A stretch of DNA of 64,000 bases from an uncultured Gemmatimonadales bacterium (GTDB lineage: Bacteria; Gemmatimonadota; Gemmatimonadetes; Longimicrobiales; RSA9), in contig CAWCRS010000002.1 of NCBI GenBank assembly GCA_963798085.1, positions 320,001 to 384,000 on the forward strand. Reading direction: 5' to 3'. The notes beneath the pieces are model-generated. The model saw only the letters and a list, made by a program, of their open reading frames with translations, ran no database searches and was not told the DNA's origin. Below, piece by piece: positions 41,962 through 52,811 of the stretch (positions are counted from its first letter, which is position 1; the number at the start of each line of letters is the position of its first letter). The translations under genes and the position numbers were made by a program.

Positions 41962-43210
41962 TCAGGTGAAATGGAACACGAGAGGCAGGACGAACGCGAC
42001 AAGCGCTGCCCAGCCGACGTAGACGGGAAGGTAGCCAGCCACTGCCTGCTGGACGCCGCCGGCGGAGCCCTTTCCCCGGATGAGGCCGATGTAGGCTCGG
42101 CACGTCCATGCGAGATGGGTCATGACGACGAGGTTGGCGCCGAGTACCACCACACGGTTTGGCGTGAGTCCGTACGAGGTGAGTCGGAAGACAATGGCCG
42201 AGAGCGCAATGACGTCGATGACCAGTGTGATGACGAGCAGTGCCACGTTGACGTAGTCCATCCATCCCACTTCGGCCTGCCCCCCACGCTCGGCAATCGA
42301 GAAGACCGTCATTCCCAGCACGACGAGCAGAAGTCCGTTGCAGGTGATGAGGAATTGACGGTCCACGAACGGGTTGTGCCCGCCAAGGAACGCGACGGCG
42401 AGGTAGGTAGCGGTCATTACCAGGAAGAGGGGGGCAAAGGCACGAGCGAGCACCGACGCAATCCCCGTGCGCCTCTTGAAGACAACGTCGTACAGGTAGG
42501 TACCCGCCACCGGCACGGCGGCCGCCCCCACCACGCCGACATTGTGCGAAGTACCAGTCGGCGGAGTTTCTTGAAATCAGATCGAATAGTGCCACCGTGA
42601 TCCCGCTGAAGACGATCCCGCCCAGGCCCACCAGGCTCGCCAGGATCAGCAACTCGCCGTTATAGCGTATGTAGCGTATCCGCGGTTCGGGATCGCGCCA
42701 GGAGGTGCCTGTGAAGACGAATCCCAGGAAAGCCCACATCAGGATCGGCAGGTGAAGCAGGGCCATCACCACGGAATCCGTGGGATGCGTACCACCAGGC
42801 AGAAGAGCGGCGTACGCGGTGACGATCGCGGCTGACGCCAGACCGGCAATCATCACTCGTCGGTTTCGATGCTCGAGCCAGAAATACGCGGCCAGCGCCA
42901 GGATGACCAATGACGGGGCGATGCGCGGGTAGTACCACGCCTCGCCGAGCCAGATCGCCGGGACCCGGACCAGCGCGCCGACGCCAAGGCCGATCGCGAT
43001 CGCCTGCCACAAGCGGCGTCTCCCGGCTCCACGCGCCGGCTCACTGTACTCGAGCCTTGCCCGCCAGACGCGTAGCGCAATCGAATCCTGCGCCGCACGG
43101 GACGCCTCATCGAGGGCGTCGCGAAAGGACTCCGGATCCTGCCGATAGAGGGCTTCGAGACCCTCGGGATCATCCAGGGACGCGAGAATCCGCTGCGCCG
43201 TCGGTTGCAT
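41962..43210 (-). pseudogene. Multi-pass membrane protein (DUF4153-like), frameshifted near 42545
   Basis: 'DDPEGLEALYRQD', 'YIRYNGEL', continuing in ORF 41962-42534 'RLTSYGLTPNRVVVLG'. Confidence 0.65.
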
Positions 43211-43544
43211 GGGCTTGATCTCTCGTGTTCGGGGCCGGGAGTATGATAGAGTGCTCTGCCTTACAGAGTCAAACGCCGCGACGACGCGGTCACTTCCGAT
43301 TCGGCGGCAACGCCTCGTCGTGGCGCGACCCGCCGCCGATCACGTCGCAGCGAGTCCCGACGGGCCGGAGCCGACCGTCAGGGCGGCGGGCATTGTGCCG
43401 GCCATGTACGCTCGCCTCACTCACCGTGAACCGGGCGTGAGCCGGCAGGCCGGCGCGCGAAACGACGTGTTAAATGCAGACTGCTCCCGCCGGTCGGGAA
43501 CACGACCCGCACCTGCCAGCCAGAACCAGGCCGCCCTGACCAGC

Positions 43545-44186
43545 CTACTGAAACTCGCGCCTGAACTCCTCGAGGCGCGTGCGGAGTTCCGCCACTTCGG
43601 CGCGTAACGCATCGACCGCCTGTTCGAGGGCTTCGACCCGATCCGTCTCCACGGGATCGACCCGACCGGCCTCGGTCGGGACTGTCTGCGGCTCGCCTGA
43701 CAGCAGGTGCGCATACCGCGTCTCCTTCTGCCCTGGCCGCCGCGGCAGTTCGCTGACAAGCGGTGTTGCCAACGTCATCAACGCCTGCAGTGTCACATCC
43801 ACCTGGGCGAGGTCCACGAACTCGAACAGCCGCGAGGATCGAGTCCGGATCTCGCCTGCGGTCTGGGGGCCTCGCACCATGAGCACGCACATGACGGCCA
43901 TCTCGGCCGGATGCAGGTGCATCGTCTCTTCCATCAAATGGCGATAACGCTTTGCTCGGGAGTCATTGCGGTACACCTCGCGGACGAGCGACCGCCGGGC
44001 AAGCGTCTTCAGGCTCTCCGACACGGCGGCATCGTCGGCCACGAGAACCGGGTCGCGGTTCGACGTCTGGTTGCACGCCGCCACCAGCGCGTTCAGGGTG
44101 AGCGGGTAGTTGTCGGGCGTCGTGACCTGCTTCTCCATGAGCGACCCGAGCACGCGCACTGCGATGACATCCAGGGGATCGTCCAT
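43545..44186 (-). CDS. yceH: YceH/DUF480 family protein
   Basis: RVLGSLMEKQVTTPDNYPLTLNALVAACNQTSNRDPV; RGPQTAGE; RYAHLL. Confidence 0.9.
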   Translation of the reverse strand: MDDPLDVIAVRVLGSLMEKQVTTPDNYPLTLNALVAACNQTSNRDPVLVADDAAVSESLKTLARRSLVREVYRNDSRAKRYRHLMEETMHLHPAEMAVMCVLMVRGPQTAGEIRTRSSRLFEFVDLAQVDVTLQALMTLATPLVSELPRRPGQKETRYAHLLSGEPQTVPTEAGRVDPVETDRVEALEQAVDALRAEVAELRTRLEEFRREFQ

Positions 44187-44400
44187 CTGTCCGCAATGAA
44201 GGGGTCCGACTCACCAGCCTTTCCCTGAAGCTACCTGCCGAGGGGAGCCCGGGACAGCGGCGCGCGCTGGACCAGAATGCAGCCGGAATCCGGGCGCATG
44301 GAACCAATGGGCGGCCCATGCTCCGGTGATCCGCGACCGGCTCCGCGCGTGAGAGCCAGGCAGCGTCGATCCGAGCCGGTCAGAGGAGCGCAACCATGTG

Positions 44401-45140
44401 TTAGGAGAAGGCTGGCTCGCGCCTGTCGATTCGCGACGGGTGGATCATTTCGGGGAGGCCGGACGCCAGCTGGCGTATTCCTGGCGAGTGTCTTCCTGCG
44501 TCACGCGCTGCCGCCGGGGACCGTCGATGCGGGCAACCCAGAGGTCTGTATTCGGGGCGGAGTGTGCGCCAGTTGCGCCGGTGATCACCAGCCACGCGCC
44601 ACTCGGGGACCAGCGCGGGCGCCGTTCATCGGGTACGCCGTTCGGGATCTGTCGCAGGTTGGCGCCGCTCGCGTCGCAAATGAAATGGCATGTCATCCAG
44701 CGCATCGTTGCGGGTTATGGGATGGGGTCGCGCTCCATCCCCATCCATGATGTAGATGTCGCGGTCCCCATCACGGCTGAGACGAATGTGATGCGTCCTT
44801 CGGGACCCGCGGACGGGTTCATGTCCCGGCTCGGATGGCGCGTCAGGTTCTGCAGTGACGATCCATCCGCCTTCATGACGTACACGTCCCAGTTGCCGCC
44901 GCGGTCCGGGTAGAACAGGATTTCCTTGCCATCGCGGGTCCAGCTCGGCACATAGTCAAGGCCCGGGATGGCGCGACAATGGTTGTTCTGCCGGTGCTGA
45001 ACGCGTGGCGAGCGATTTCGAAATCGCCTGCTGCCTGCGTGACAAAGACGACTTCTCCGGTTGGTCTGCTCTCCTGCACCGGCGCGTTTGTGCAGCCCGC
45101 CAGCGCGGTTCCAAAGCAAGCCGCAACGGCAACTGGACAT
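44401..45140 (-). pseudogene. TolB-like PD40-repeat lipoprotein, multiply frameshifted
   Basis: PSWTRDG, WDVYVMKADGS..QNLT, PRWSPSG, REPAFS in different frames. Confidence 0.65.
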
Positions 45141-45335
45141 CGACTCCGAAGACGCTGCCGCATGACGACTCCGTCGTGGGTCGGGACCTGTTACTCCGCC
45201 TGGCCTCCCCTGCCCTTTTCAACGGGCTGTGAATTCGCCTTCAGAGCGTTCGCGTGCCAGCCAGCATGCGCCGGACGTCTCAGTTGCTCACGTGCCGGCG
45301 TCGACGGAACCGGGCGGACCCGCGTCGGGCAGGCA

Positions 45336-46310
45336 TCACTGCTTGCCGGCGGTCACCATCGCCGGACCCACATCACGCTTTACGGGCGGCACACTCTTCA
45401 GATAGCGGTAGATCGCGCGCAGATCTTCCTCGGCCAGGCGTGAGAACGCCTGCCACGGCATGGGCGAGCCCGCGATGATGCGGCCCTGCCGGAAGCGCAG
45501 GACGAACTGGTCCTCCGTCATCTTGCCCAAACGCCCTGTTTCCGGATCGCTCGTGATGTTGGGCGGCGACCATGAATGCGCCGGATCGTCGGATTCCGTG
45601 AACCCCGTGGCGCCACCGAAGCGCGGGCCGATGAGCGCGCCGGTCTGCTGACTGCGCTGCGTGTGGCAGGCCCAGCACAGCGCGACCGACTCGACCAGAT
45701 AGCGTCCTGACTCCAGTGTCGCACCGCGCGGCGCGCTGGCCGGCGGCTGCGAGGATGGGCCGACCGGCTTCGCCAGCAGTGTCGCCCGCAGCACTTTGCC
45801 GAGCAGCGTGTAGTGATGCGGCGGCACTGGATTGCGGACGGGCGGCAGTGTGCGCAGGTAGGACACGACCGCCTCGAGATCATCGTCGGAGAGACCCTGC
45901 ATCTCCATGAACGGCAGCAGCGCGCGGCCGTCATGACCCACGCCGTAGCGCAGCGCCCGCGCGATGGCGCGATCGGAAACCGCGCCCAGACCCGTGGCGC
46001 TGTCCGGCGTGAGGTTGCGTGCGTAGAACGTGCCCGGCGGAATGGCGAAGAAGAAGCCGCCGCTCAGCGGCACGTCCTCGCCTTTCATGTTGGCCTCACG
46101 CTGCGCCGGATCGCCGTGGCAGGAGGCGCAGGGAGCGACATCGCGCACAATGTAGCGCCCTCGGCCGATGATGGCGGAGTCTTTCAATGCGCTGACGTCG
46201 GGATACGGCGCATCGAACGTGAGGTGCTGGCGCGTGGCAACGAAGATCGCGCCACACACAATGACCAGAGCGAGCACGCCGCCGATCCCCAGCAGCAGCT
46301 TGCGCAGCAT
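45336..46310 (-). CDS. Diheme c-type cytochrome, membrane anchored
   Basis: CASCH and CWACH; NLTPD/NITSD; MPW. Confidence 0.88.
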   Translation of the reverse strand: MLRKLLLGIGGVLALVIVCGAIFVATRQHLTFDAPYPDVSALKDSAIIGRGRYIVRDVAPCASCHGDPAQREANMKGEDVPLSGGFFFAIPPGTFYARNLTPDSATGLGAVSDRAIARALRYGVGHDGRALLPFMEMQGLSDDDLEAVVSYLRTLPPVRNPVPPHHYTLLGKVLRATLLAKPVGPSSQPPASAPRGATLESGRYLVESVALCWACHTQRSQQTGALIGPRFGGATGFTESDDPAHSWSPPNITSDPETGRLGKMTEDQFVLRFRQGRIIAGSPMPWQAFSRLAEEDLRAIYRYLKSVPPVKRDVGPAMVTAGKQ

Positions 46311-46807
46311 GAACCAACCTCCGCGAGAGGGGCAGGATACGACTAACGCCGGATTTCGACCGATCGGGCCGTGCCCCGGCAGGCGTGAGCCGGACGCAAT
46401 GTTACGCGGACCCGTCGGGGGCGTCAACAGCGGCGGCGCTGCTCTGACGGCGCCTCCTGAACGATCCGGTGACAAGGCGTTGGGCGACCCTGACCCGTCC
46501 CCACGATCCTTCGGGTGAACCCGGGCGCCCGCTAATCGACATTGCTGTCCGGAGAGTCGTGGATGGACTTGCTGGCGGCGCTCGGAAACGCCTGGATGCG
46601 GTAGAACGTCACGTTGGCAACACCGCCCCACTGCTGCAGATGCTTCTCGAGCGGATCGGGAATCTGATCAAGGTACGGGTACCGACCCGGACCGTCGGGG
46701 GCAGCGGTTCGTCCGTACTGACCAGGCCGATGCGGACCCCGACATCGGTTGACTCTGACCTTCGGGCGGCGGAATCTTCCGGCGCAGTGACCCGCAAGGA
46801 GAGTGCA

Positions 46808-48034
46808 ATGCATCACGGGTTGCGTTCACTGACGCGTGTGCTGGCGGCCGTTGCCAGCTTCTGGCCGTGCGCCGCGATCGCGCAGCAGACATCAGCGGAG
46901 ACGACAACCGTCATTCATGCGGCCACCGTGCTGGACGGTGTGGGCGGCTCGCTGCACAACGCCTGGCTCGTCGTGCGCGGCGGCCGTATCGAGCGGGTGG
47001 CGACATCGTCCCCTGACGCGCCCGGCGCGGCCCGCATCGAGCTCGGCAACGCCACGCTGCTGCCCGGTCTGATCGATGCACACACGCATCCGGGCTGGTA
47101 TGTGGATCGCAACGGCAAGCGAAACTCGCCGCGCAACGGCGACACGCCGGCGCAGGCCGCGCTCGCCCGTGCGGGCAACCTCTACGCTACGCTGATGGCC
47201 GGGTTCACGACGATTCAGAGCGTCGGCGGTCCGGAGGACATCGACCTGCGCAATGCGATCGCGCGTGGCGAGATCCCGGGACCACGCCTGCTCACCTCCG
47301 TCACGCAGCTGAGCGACACGCGCGTCCCGCCCGATTCCTTCCGGGTCATGGTGCGCGGGCTCGCGGCGAGCGGCGCCGATCTCATCAAGCTGTTCGCGTC
47401 CTCGGGACTCGGGGCGGGCGGCGCACGCACATTGTCCGATGCGCAGCTCAATGCCATCTGCTCGGAGGCGAAGTCGCTCGGGCTGCGCACACTCGTGCAC
47501 GCCATCAGCGCCGAGAGCGTGCGCGCCGCCACGCTGGCCGGTTGCACGCAGATCGAACACGGCACCTTCGCGACGGATGCGGAACTTCAGTTGATGGCGC
47601 AACACGGCACGATCTTCGACCCGCAGGTCTGTCTCGTCTTCCAGAACTACATCGATCATCCCGACGCGTACGGGTTCACCGACGCCACGTTGGAGCCGCT
47701 CAGGAATGCACTGCCGGTGGCGCGGGCAATGTTCGCGCGGGCACTGCACACACCCGGCCTGAAGATCGTGTTCGGTACCGATGCGGTCGCGCTTGCACAC
47801 GGGCGCAATGCGGAGGAGCTGCCATGTCGCGTGGGAGCCGGCCAGTCACCAATGCAGGCGATCGTGTCGGCGACATCCGCTGCGGCCGAAGCACTCGGTA
47901 TGGGCGACCGGCTCGGTCGCGTGGCTCCGGGCTACGCAGCAGACCTGATCGCGACCGACGGCGATCCGTCGCAGGACATTGCGGCCGTGAAACGGATCGT
48001 CTTCGTAATGCGCGGCGGCGTGCGTTTTCGCTGA
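46808..48034 (+). CDS. Secreted metal-dependent amidohydrolase
   Basis: LLPGLIDAHTH, GADLIK, IEHG, FGTD, G.VAPGYAADL. Confidence 0.88.
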   Translation: MHHGLRSLTRVLAAVASFWPCAAIAQQTSAETTTVIHAATVLDGVGGSLHNAWLVVRGGRIERVATSSPDAPGAARIELGNATLLPGLIDAHTHPGWYVDRNGKRNSPRNGDTPAQAALARAGNLYATLMAGFTTIQSVGGPEDIDLRNAIARGEIPGPRLLTSVTQLSDTRVPPDSFRVMVRGLAASGADLIKLFASSGLGAGGARTLSDAQLNAICSEAKSLGLRTLVHAISAESVRAATLAGCTQIEHGTFATDAELQLMAQHGTIFDPQVCLVFQNYIDHPDAYGFTDATLEPLRNALPVARAMFARALHTPGLKIVFGTDAVALAHGRNAEELPCRVGAGQSPMQAIVSATSAAAEALGMGDRLGRVAPGYAADLIATDGDPSQDIAAVKRIVFVMRGGVRFR

Positions 48035-48206
48035 CGCCAGCGGCGGATCCCCCACACGCCGAAGGGGCGGCCCGTCAGGTCGCCCCGAGCGGTGACCCGC
48101 CTACCGTGCGTGTGATTCGCCCGACTCAATGCGGAGTGCGTCCGCGATGCGGTGGTTGCCCGCACGATCGTGCGGCGTACGATCCTGCAAATCCCGGGCG
48201 TCCAGG

Positions 48207-48861
48207 TCAGCGCCATGCTCGCGCAGGAGACCGAATGATCTCGAGGTCCTCCACGAGCGTGCCTGCGGTGCCGCCGGCGCCGGTCGAGCGCGCGGCGAGG
48301 TGTAGCGGTGTGGACCCGCGTGTGCGCAAGCGGAGGTCCGTCCTGGCTCCGAGCTCCACCAGCTTGCGCACCGCCGCGGTGCCACGCGCGCGCACGGCGC
48401 GATGCAGCGGTGTCGCGCCGCCACGGTCGCGGTGGTTCAACTCCGCGCCCGCCTGGACGAGTGCGTCAATGATCGCGGCCTGAGCCTCGGGGTTCCAGAC
48501 GCCGCGCGTGCGCGGCCGCGCATCGCACGCATAGTGCAGAGCCGTTGCACCGCGCCGGTTCGTGGCGTTCGCGACCGCGCCGGATTCCAGCAGGATTGCG
48601 ACCGCCTCGAGCTGCAGTGCGGCGGCGGCCAGGTGCAACGGCGAGTCCCCCGAGTACAGCCAGTGCGGGATCGACGGAATCAGCACATCGCCTGACACAC
48701 GGTTAGCTGCAGCCGCCGGAGCAGACCGCAGGACTCGGCGCACCTCGCCGGGACCGGCCAGTACGGCCTCGAAGATCGCTTCCAGTACGATTCCCACCGC
48801 TGTCGACTCGCGTTTTCTCAGAATATCGAGATGCGGCTTGCGGCGAGGCAAACGCATCGCA
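48207..48861 (-). CDS. Ankyrin-repeat protein lacking the conserved N-terminal domain; C-terminus frameshifted
   Basis: SPLHLAAA, TALHYAC, TPLHRAV, TPLHLAA; 'LLREHGADLDARD..RTP' in another frame. Confidence 0.75.
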
Positions 48862-48927
48862 TGTCCGGTCTGACACGGCTCGCCGCGACGATCCCGTTGT
48901 CCGGAGCCGATCCCATCACCTGATCGC

Positions 48928-49341
48928 TTACGACTGAGGCCGTCCGGCACGACCGCCGCCCGGTTTGACCGCCGCCTCGTACTCCGCTAACAGCCGCCTG
49001 GGTGCGACGCGCCGCCAGGCTTCGACCAGCAGTTCCTGCAGCTGCTCGCGGCTGACAGCTGACAGTCGAACCAGCACCCAGGGGTAGTCGCGATAGTGAT
49101 CCGTCAGGTAGAACACAGCGGGCATGGCTCGGAGCAGGTGTTCGCGCTCGATGAAGTCGGTGCGCACCACCAGCGTGTCAATGTCTTCCCGCAGTCGCGC
49201 GATGAGTTTGCCACGCACCTTCAGCGCGGCGGTTCCATACGACCGACCCTCTTCGACGCCCGGCAGGCTCCGGCCCATTTCGCTCACCGTTGCAAAAGTG
49301 ACGGCCGCACGTGCCCGCGCGCGAGGCTTCTTCGAGGTCAT
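48928..49341 (-). CDS. MmcQ/YjbR-family protein
   Basis: LPGVEE..SYGT..LKVRGK...HY..YPWVLVRL. Confidence 0.8.
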   Translation of the reverse strand: MTSKKPRARARAAVTFATVSEMGRSLPGVEEGRSYGTAALKVRGKLIARLREDIDTLVVRTDFIEREHLLRAMPAVFYLTDHYRDYPWVLVRLSAVSREQLQELLVEAWRRVAPRRLLAEYEAAVKPGGGRAGRPQS

Positions 49342-49461
49342 CCCGGACGCCTGCAGCGCAGGTCGACATTCGAAATCAGCCTGCTCCGGGAAACCAGCAA
49401 TGCCCGGGGGCGATTGTGAACGTCAGCCGACGCGTTTCGATCAGTTCGCAAGAGCGATCAC

Positions 49462-50163
49462 TCAGTTTGCGTGCAATGTGGCGGGCTCCGCCGCCAGCTG
49501 GAAATCGCAGTACTCGAAGCGGCCGTCGCGAAGCACACGTTCGCCGCGGACCACCGCAATGCGACTCTCGAGACACGGCCCGCCGGTCAGACAGGTGTGG
49601 AATTCACCGCGTTCGCCGCACGGATCCACGGACGCGGGCAGATCCTCGAGCAATGCGCGATCGAACCGGCGCCCCGCGAACTCCGCCGACAGCTGCGTCG
49701 TGTCCACGCAGGTGAGCCATGCCTCATGACCGGCGGCCACGAAGTCCCGCGCCAGCTCAGTCGTGTCGCGACCCCAGAGCGGCAGCAACGGCGTGTAGCC
49801 CAGAGCCTTTGCCTGCAGCTCGCGATACTCGCGCACATCCTCGAGGAACAGATCGCCGTACGCGACGTGCTCGACCGGGCCCAGTTCGCGCCGCGCCCGC
49901 TCCAGCGCATCGCCCCACGCCGCGTCGTAGGCCGAATTGCTCGAAGCCGCGGCCACAACCGCCTGGAACACTGGCAACCCGAGTCTCACCGCCTGCGCCT
50001 CGAGGATCGAGCGCCGGATGCCGTGCATACTCACGCGATCGTAATCCGCCGTCACCGTCGTCAGCAGACCGACAACCTCGAAGCCCGGGTCCGCGCGCAT
50101 TGCGGCGAGCGCCATGGTGCTGTCCTTGCCGCCGCTCCAGGCCAGCAGCACGGGTATGCTCAC
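49462..50163 (-). CDS. PP-loop ATPase (diphthine-ammonia ligase-like)
   Basis: WSGGKDS, GDLFL, DPCGERGEFHT. Confidence 0.88.
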   Translation of the reverse strand: MSIPVLLAWSGGKDSTMALAAMRADPGFEVVGLLTTVTADYDRVSMHGIRRSILEAQAVRLGLPVFQAVVAAASSNSAYDAAWGDALERARRELGPVEHVAYGDLFLEDVREYRELQAKALGYTPLLPLWGRDTTELARDFVAAGHEAWLTCVDTTQLSAEFAGRRFDRALLEDLPASVDPCGERGEFHTCLTGGPCLESRIAVVRGERVLRDGRFEYCDFQLAAEPATLHAN

Positions 50164-50258
50164 TCGTCTACCATCCGCTGTGATGACTGGCTGTTAGTGC
50201 GTTGGCGCCGCCGGGAGCCGCCCGCGTGCCGATCAGCAGCGGCAGCGCTGCCGGCGAG

Positions 50259-51194
50259 TCAGGCGCGGAAGACGTCCGTGCTCACGTAGCGCAGGCCCGA
50301 GTCGACCAGGATCGTGGCGACCGTCGCGTCCGGACCGAGGCGGGCCGCGAGTCGCAGTGCGGCGACGACGTTGGCGCCGCTGGACGTGCCCGCGAATATG
50401 CCTTCCTCTCTCGCCAGCGTCCTCGCCATGTCCTTCGCTTCCCGGGTCGCGACAGTCTGGATCTCGTCGACTTCAGCCGGCTTCCAGAGTGGCGGCACGA
50501 ACCCGATGCCGATGCCCTCGATCTGGTGCGAGCCCGAGGGCTGGCCCGAGAGCACCGCGGATTCGGCCGGCTCGACCGCGACCACGTGAAGGTGCGCATT
50601 GTGTTGCCGCAGCGCATGCGCAGTGCCGTGTATGGAATGCGCCGTGCTGACCGCGTGGACGAACGCGTTCACGCGGCCGTCCGCCTGCTGCCACAGTTCC
50701 TCGCCCAGCGGTGCGTAGCCGATCTCACCGTCGCGGTTGTTCAGCTGATCGCACCACCAGTGGCCCGGTTGGCGACTGATTTCGCCGGCCGTTGTGATCA
50801 TCTGCCTGATGAGCGATTCCGTAATCTTCCTGTTATCGCTGCGCACGTCGGTGATGGTGGCGCCATACGCACGCATGGTTGCCCGCTTTTCCTCACTGAA
50901 TGCATCGGAGAACACGAAATGCGCCTTGTAGCCGAGGGCCGCGCACACGAACGCCAGCGAGATGCCCGTCGTACCCGCGGTGTATTCCACGACTGTGCCG
51001 CCCTCGGGCAGCCGGCCATCGGCGGCCGCGTGCTCGACCAGTGCACGCGCCATGCGGTCCTTCATGCTTCCTGTCGGGTTCGCCGATTCCAGCTTGGCCA
51101 CGACGCGGGCCGAGCCGCTCGGCACGACTCGCCTGAGCTCGACGAGCGGCGTGTTGCCGATCGCATTGAGAACGCCGCTGCGTGTCTGGTTCAT
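50259..51194 (-). CDS. PLP-dependent cysteine synthase family protein
   Basis: IGNTPLV, KLE..NPTGSMKDR, IEGIG, GTSSGAN, DSGLRY. Confidence 0.88.
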   Translation of the reverse strand: MNQTRSGVLNAIGNTPLVELRRVVPSGSARVVAKLESANPTGSMKDRMARALVEHAAADGRLPEGGTVVEYTAGTTGISLAFVCAALGYKAHFVFSDAFSEEKRATMRAYGATITDVRSDNRKITESLIRQMITTAGEISRQPGHWWCDQLNNRDGEIGYAPLGEELWQQADGRVNAFVHAVSTAHSIHGTAHALRQHNAHLHVVAVEPAESAVLSGQPSGSHQIEGIGIGFVPPLWKPAEVDEIQTVATREAKDMARTLAREEGIFAGTSSGANVVAALRLAARLGPDATVATILVDSGLRYVSTDVFRA

Positions 51195-51457
51195 CCTCAC
51201 CCCGCTTCCTGGATCGTCGCAGTGTACGCCCGGCAGTGCGCGCAGGATCGAGCTACGTCGTCGGCCCATCACGAAAATGGTGTTGTCGAAAGGATCGTGC
51301 AGATCGAATGTGCCGCACCCCATGGTTCGTTCCGTGGCGGCCTCAGCACTTCGACCTTGCGGCTCCACTCCTGAACGTACGCATTGGCATCGTCGACTTC
51401 CAGCGAAACGCAGCCGCGCCGGCCATGTCTGGAAGGTCCGGCTCCCCGGCGTACGGG

Positions 51458-52213
51458 CTACTTGCGTCGGACCGCGGTGATCAGGGGCACTTCGCGTCCG
51501 GGCTGCCAGTCGCTGAGCTCCCACGCCTCCGCCCTCGCCTCGAAGCCGGCGCTGTGCATGGCGGCGAGGAATTCGTCCAGCGTGAAGACGCCCTGCGGAT
51601 GGCGATCCACTTCGACCCGCAGCTCGCTGCCCTCGCGAATCAGAAACACGAACACGGACTCGAACGCATGGTCCGAGGGATCGGCATCATGGTCGAACTC
51701 GATCACCGTCACCACCCGGCCGTCCGCGGCCACATGCGTGTCGATATCCACCCGGTCCGGAGAGATCCGTGACCGCAGCTCCTCGGGCAGCGCGATCATA
51801 AGGCCGCCCACCGCCAGATGCTCCGCCGCGGTCCGATACGCTTTCTCGAGTTCCTCCATCGATTGCATGTAGCTGATCGCGTCGTGCACGAGCACCGCAT
51901 CGAAGATGCGATCAAGACGCACGTCGCGGATGTCGCCTTCCAGATACTCCACCTCGGGGTTGATGCCGCGCGCCAGAGCCAGCATCGCCGCGCTGCGATC
52001 GACGCCGGTGACGCGATACGTCTGCTTGAGATGGTAGTCGATCGAACCACCACCGGAGCCAAGGTGCAGAATGCTGCCACCCGGCCCGACGCCGTGCCGC
52101 GCGAGACGGCGGCGGAAGGTGGCCGCTTCCTCCACGTAGTTGGCGGGCGGGCTGACAAACTGCCACAGCTCGCTCAGCTCGTTGTACAGCCTGGGTTCAC
52201 CCTGCAAATCCAT
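51458..52213 (-). CDS. Class I SAM-dependent methyltransferase
   Basis: ILHLGSGGG, GVD, GDIRD, FDAVLVHDAISY. Confidence 0.85.
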   Translation of the reverse strand: MDLQGEPRLYNELSELWQFVSPPANYVEEAATFRRRLARHGVGPGGSILHLGSGGGSIDYHLKQTYRVTGVDRSAAMLALARGINPEVEYLEGDIRDVRLDRIFDAVLVHDAISYMQSMEELEKAYRTAAEHLAVGGLMIALPEELRSRISPDRVDIDTHVAADGRVVTVIEFDHDADPSDHAFESVFVFLIREGSELRVEVDRHPQGVFTLDEFLAAMHSAGFEARAEAWELSDWQPGREVPLITAVRRK

Positions 52214-52332
52214 AGCTCGGATGCAAATGAAATCCCCATGCTTGACAGCCAGTTCGAGACAGCAATGGAATGATTGCAGGAAGGACCCAGGGTCAGCTGC
52301 AACGCGCGGTACGGATCAGCCAGCGTCAGCCG

Positions 52333-52713
52333 CTAGGCGGCCTCTGAGAAGCAGAGGATGTTCCCATCCGGATCCAGCACGTAGAAATCAACAGCGCCCC
52401 AGGGCCGCTTCTCGAGGGGCTTGGCTATTGTGACGCCGCGGCCGACCAGCTCGTCATGCAGCTCGCGCACGCCTGAGACATTCAGGAAGGCGTCCGAATG
52501 CTCTTCCGACTTACGGTGAGCGCGTTCGGCTTCCAGCTTGATAGCACACTTGAGGTGGATCGAGGCTCCGTCTCGCGTGATGCCGGCGTAGAAATTGTCA
52601 TAGACAAAGTCGGTGGTGAAGCCGAGGCGATCCTCGTAGAACGCGATGGCGTCTTCGAGATTGCCGACCAGGAACTGGGGAGCAGCGCTGTTGATCACGT
52701 GCATGAGATCCAC
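52333..52713 (-). CDS. VOC/bleomycin-resistance family protein
   Basis: AIAFYEDRLGF...RPWG..DF.V.DPDGN. Confidence 0.85.
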   Translation of the reverse strand: MDLMHVINSAAPQFLVGNLEDAIAFYEDRLGFTTDFVYDNFYAGITRDGASIHLKCAIKLEAERAHRKSEEHSDAFLNVSGVRELHDELVGRGVTIAKPLEKRPWGAVDFYVLDPDGNILCFSEAA

Positions 52714-52811
52714 TCCGCCGAATCCTTCGGACGAGTCCTGACCTCTCCGATCACGGACCCGGATGTATGCTCGGTCCGTGTGCGACGCCGTGCCCTCTGC
52801 CCTTGCATCGG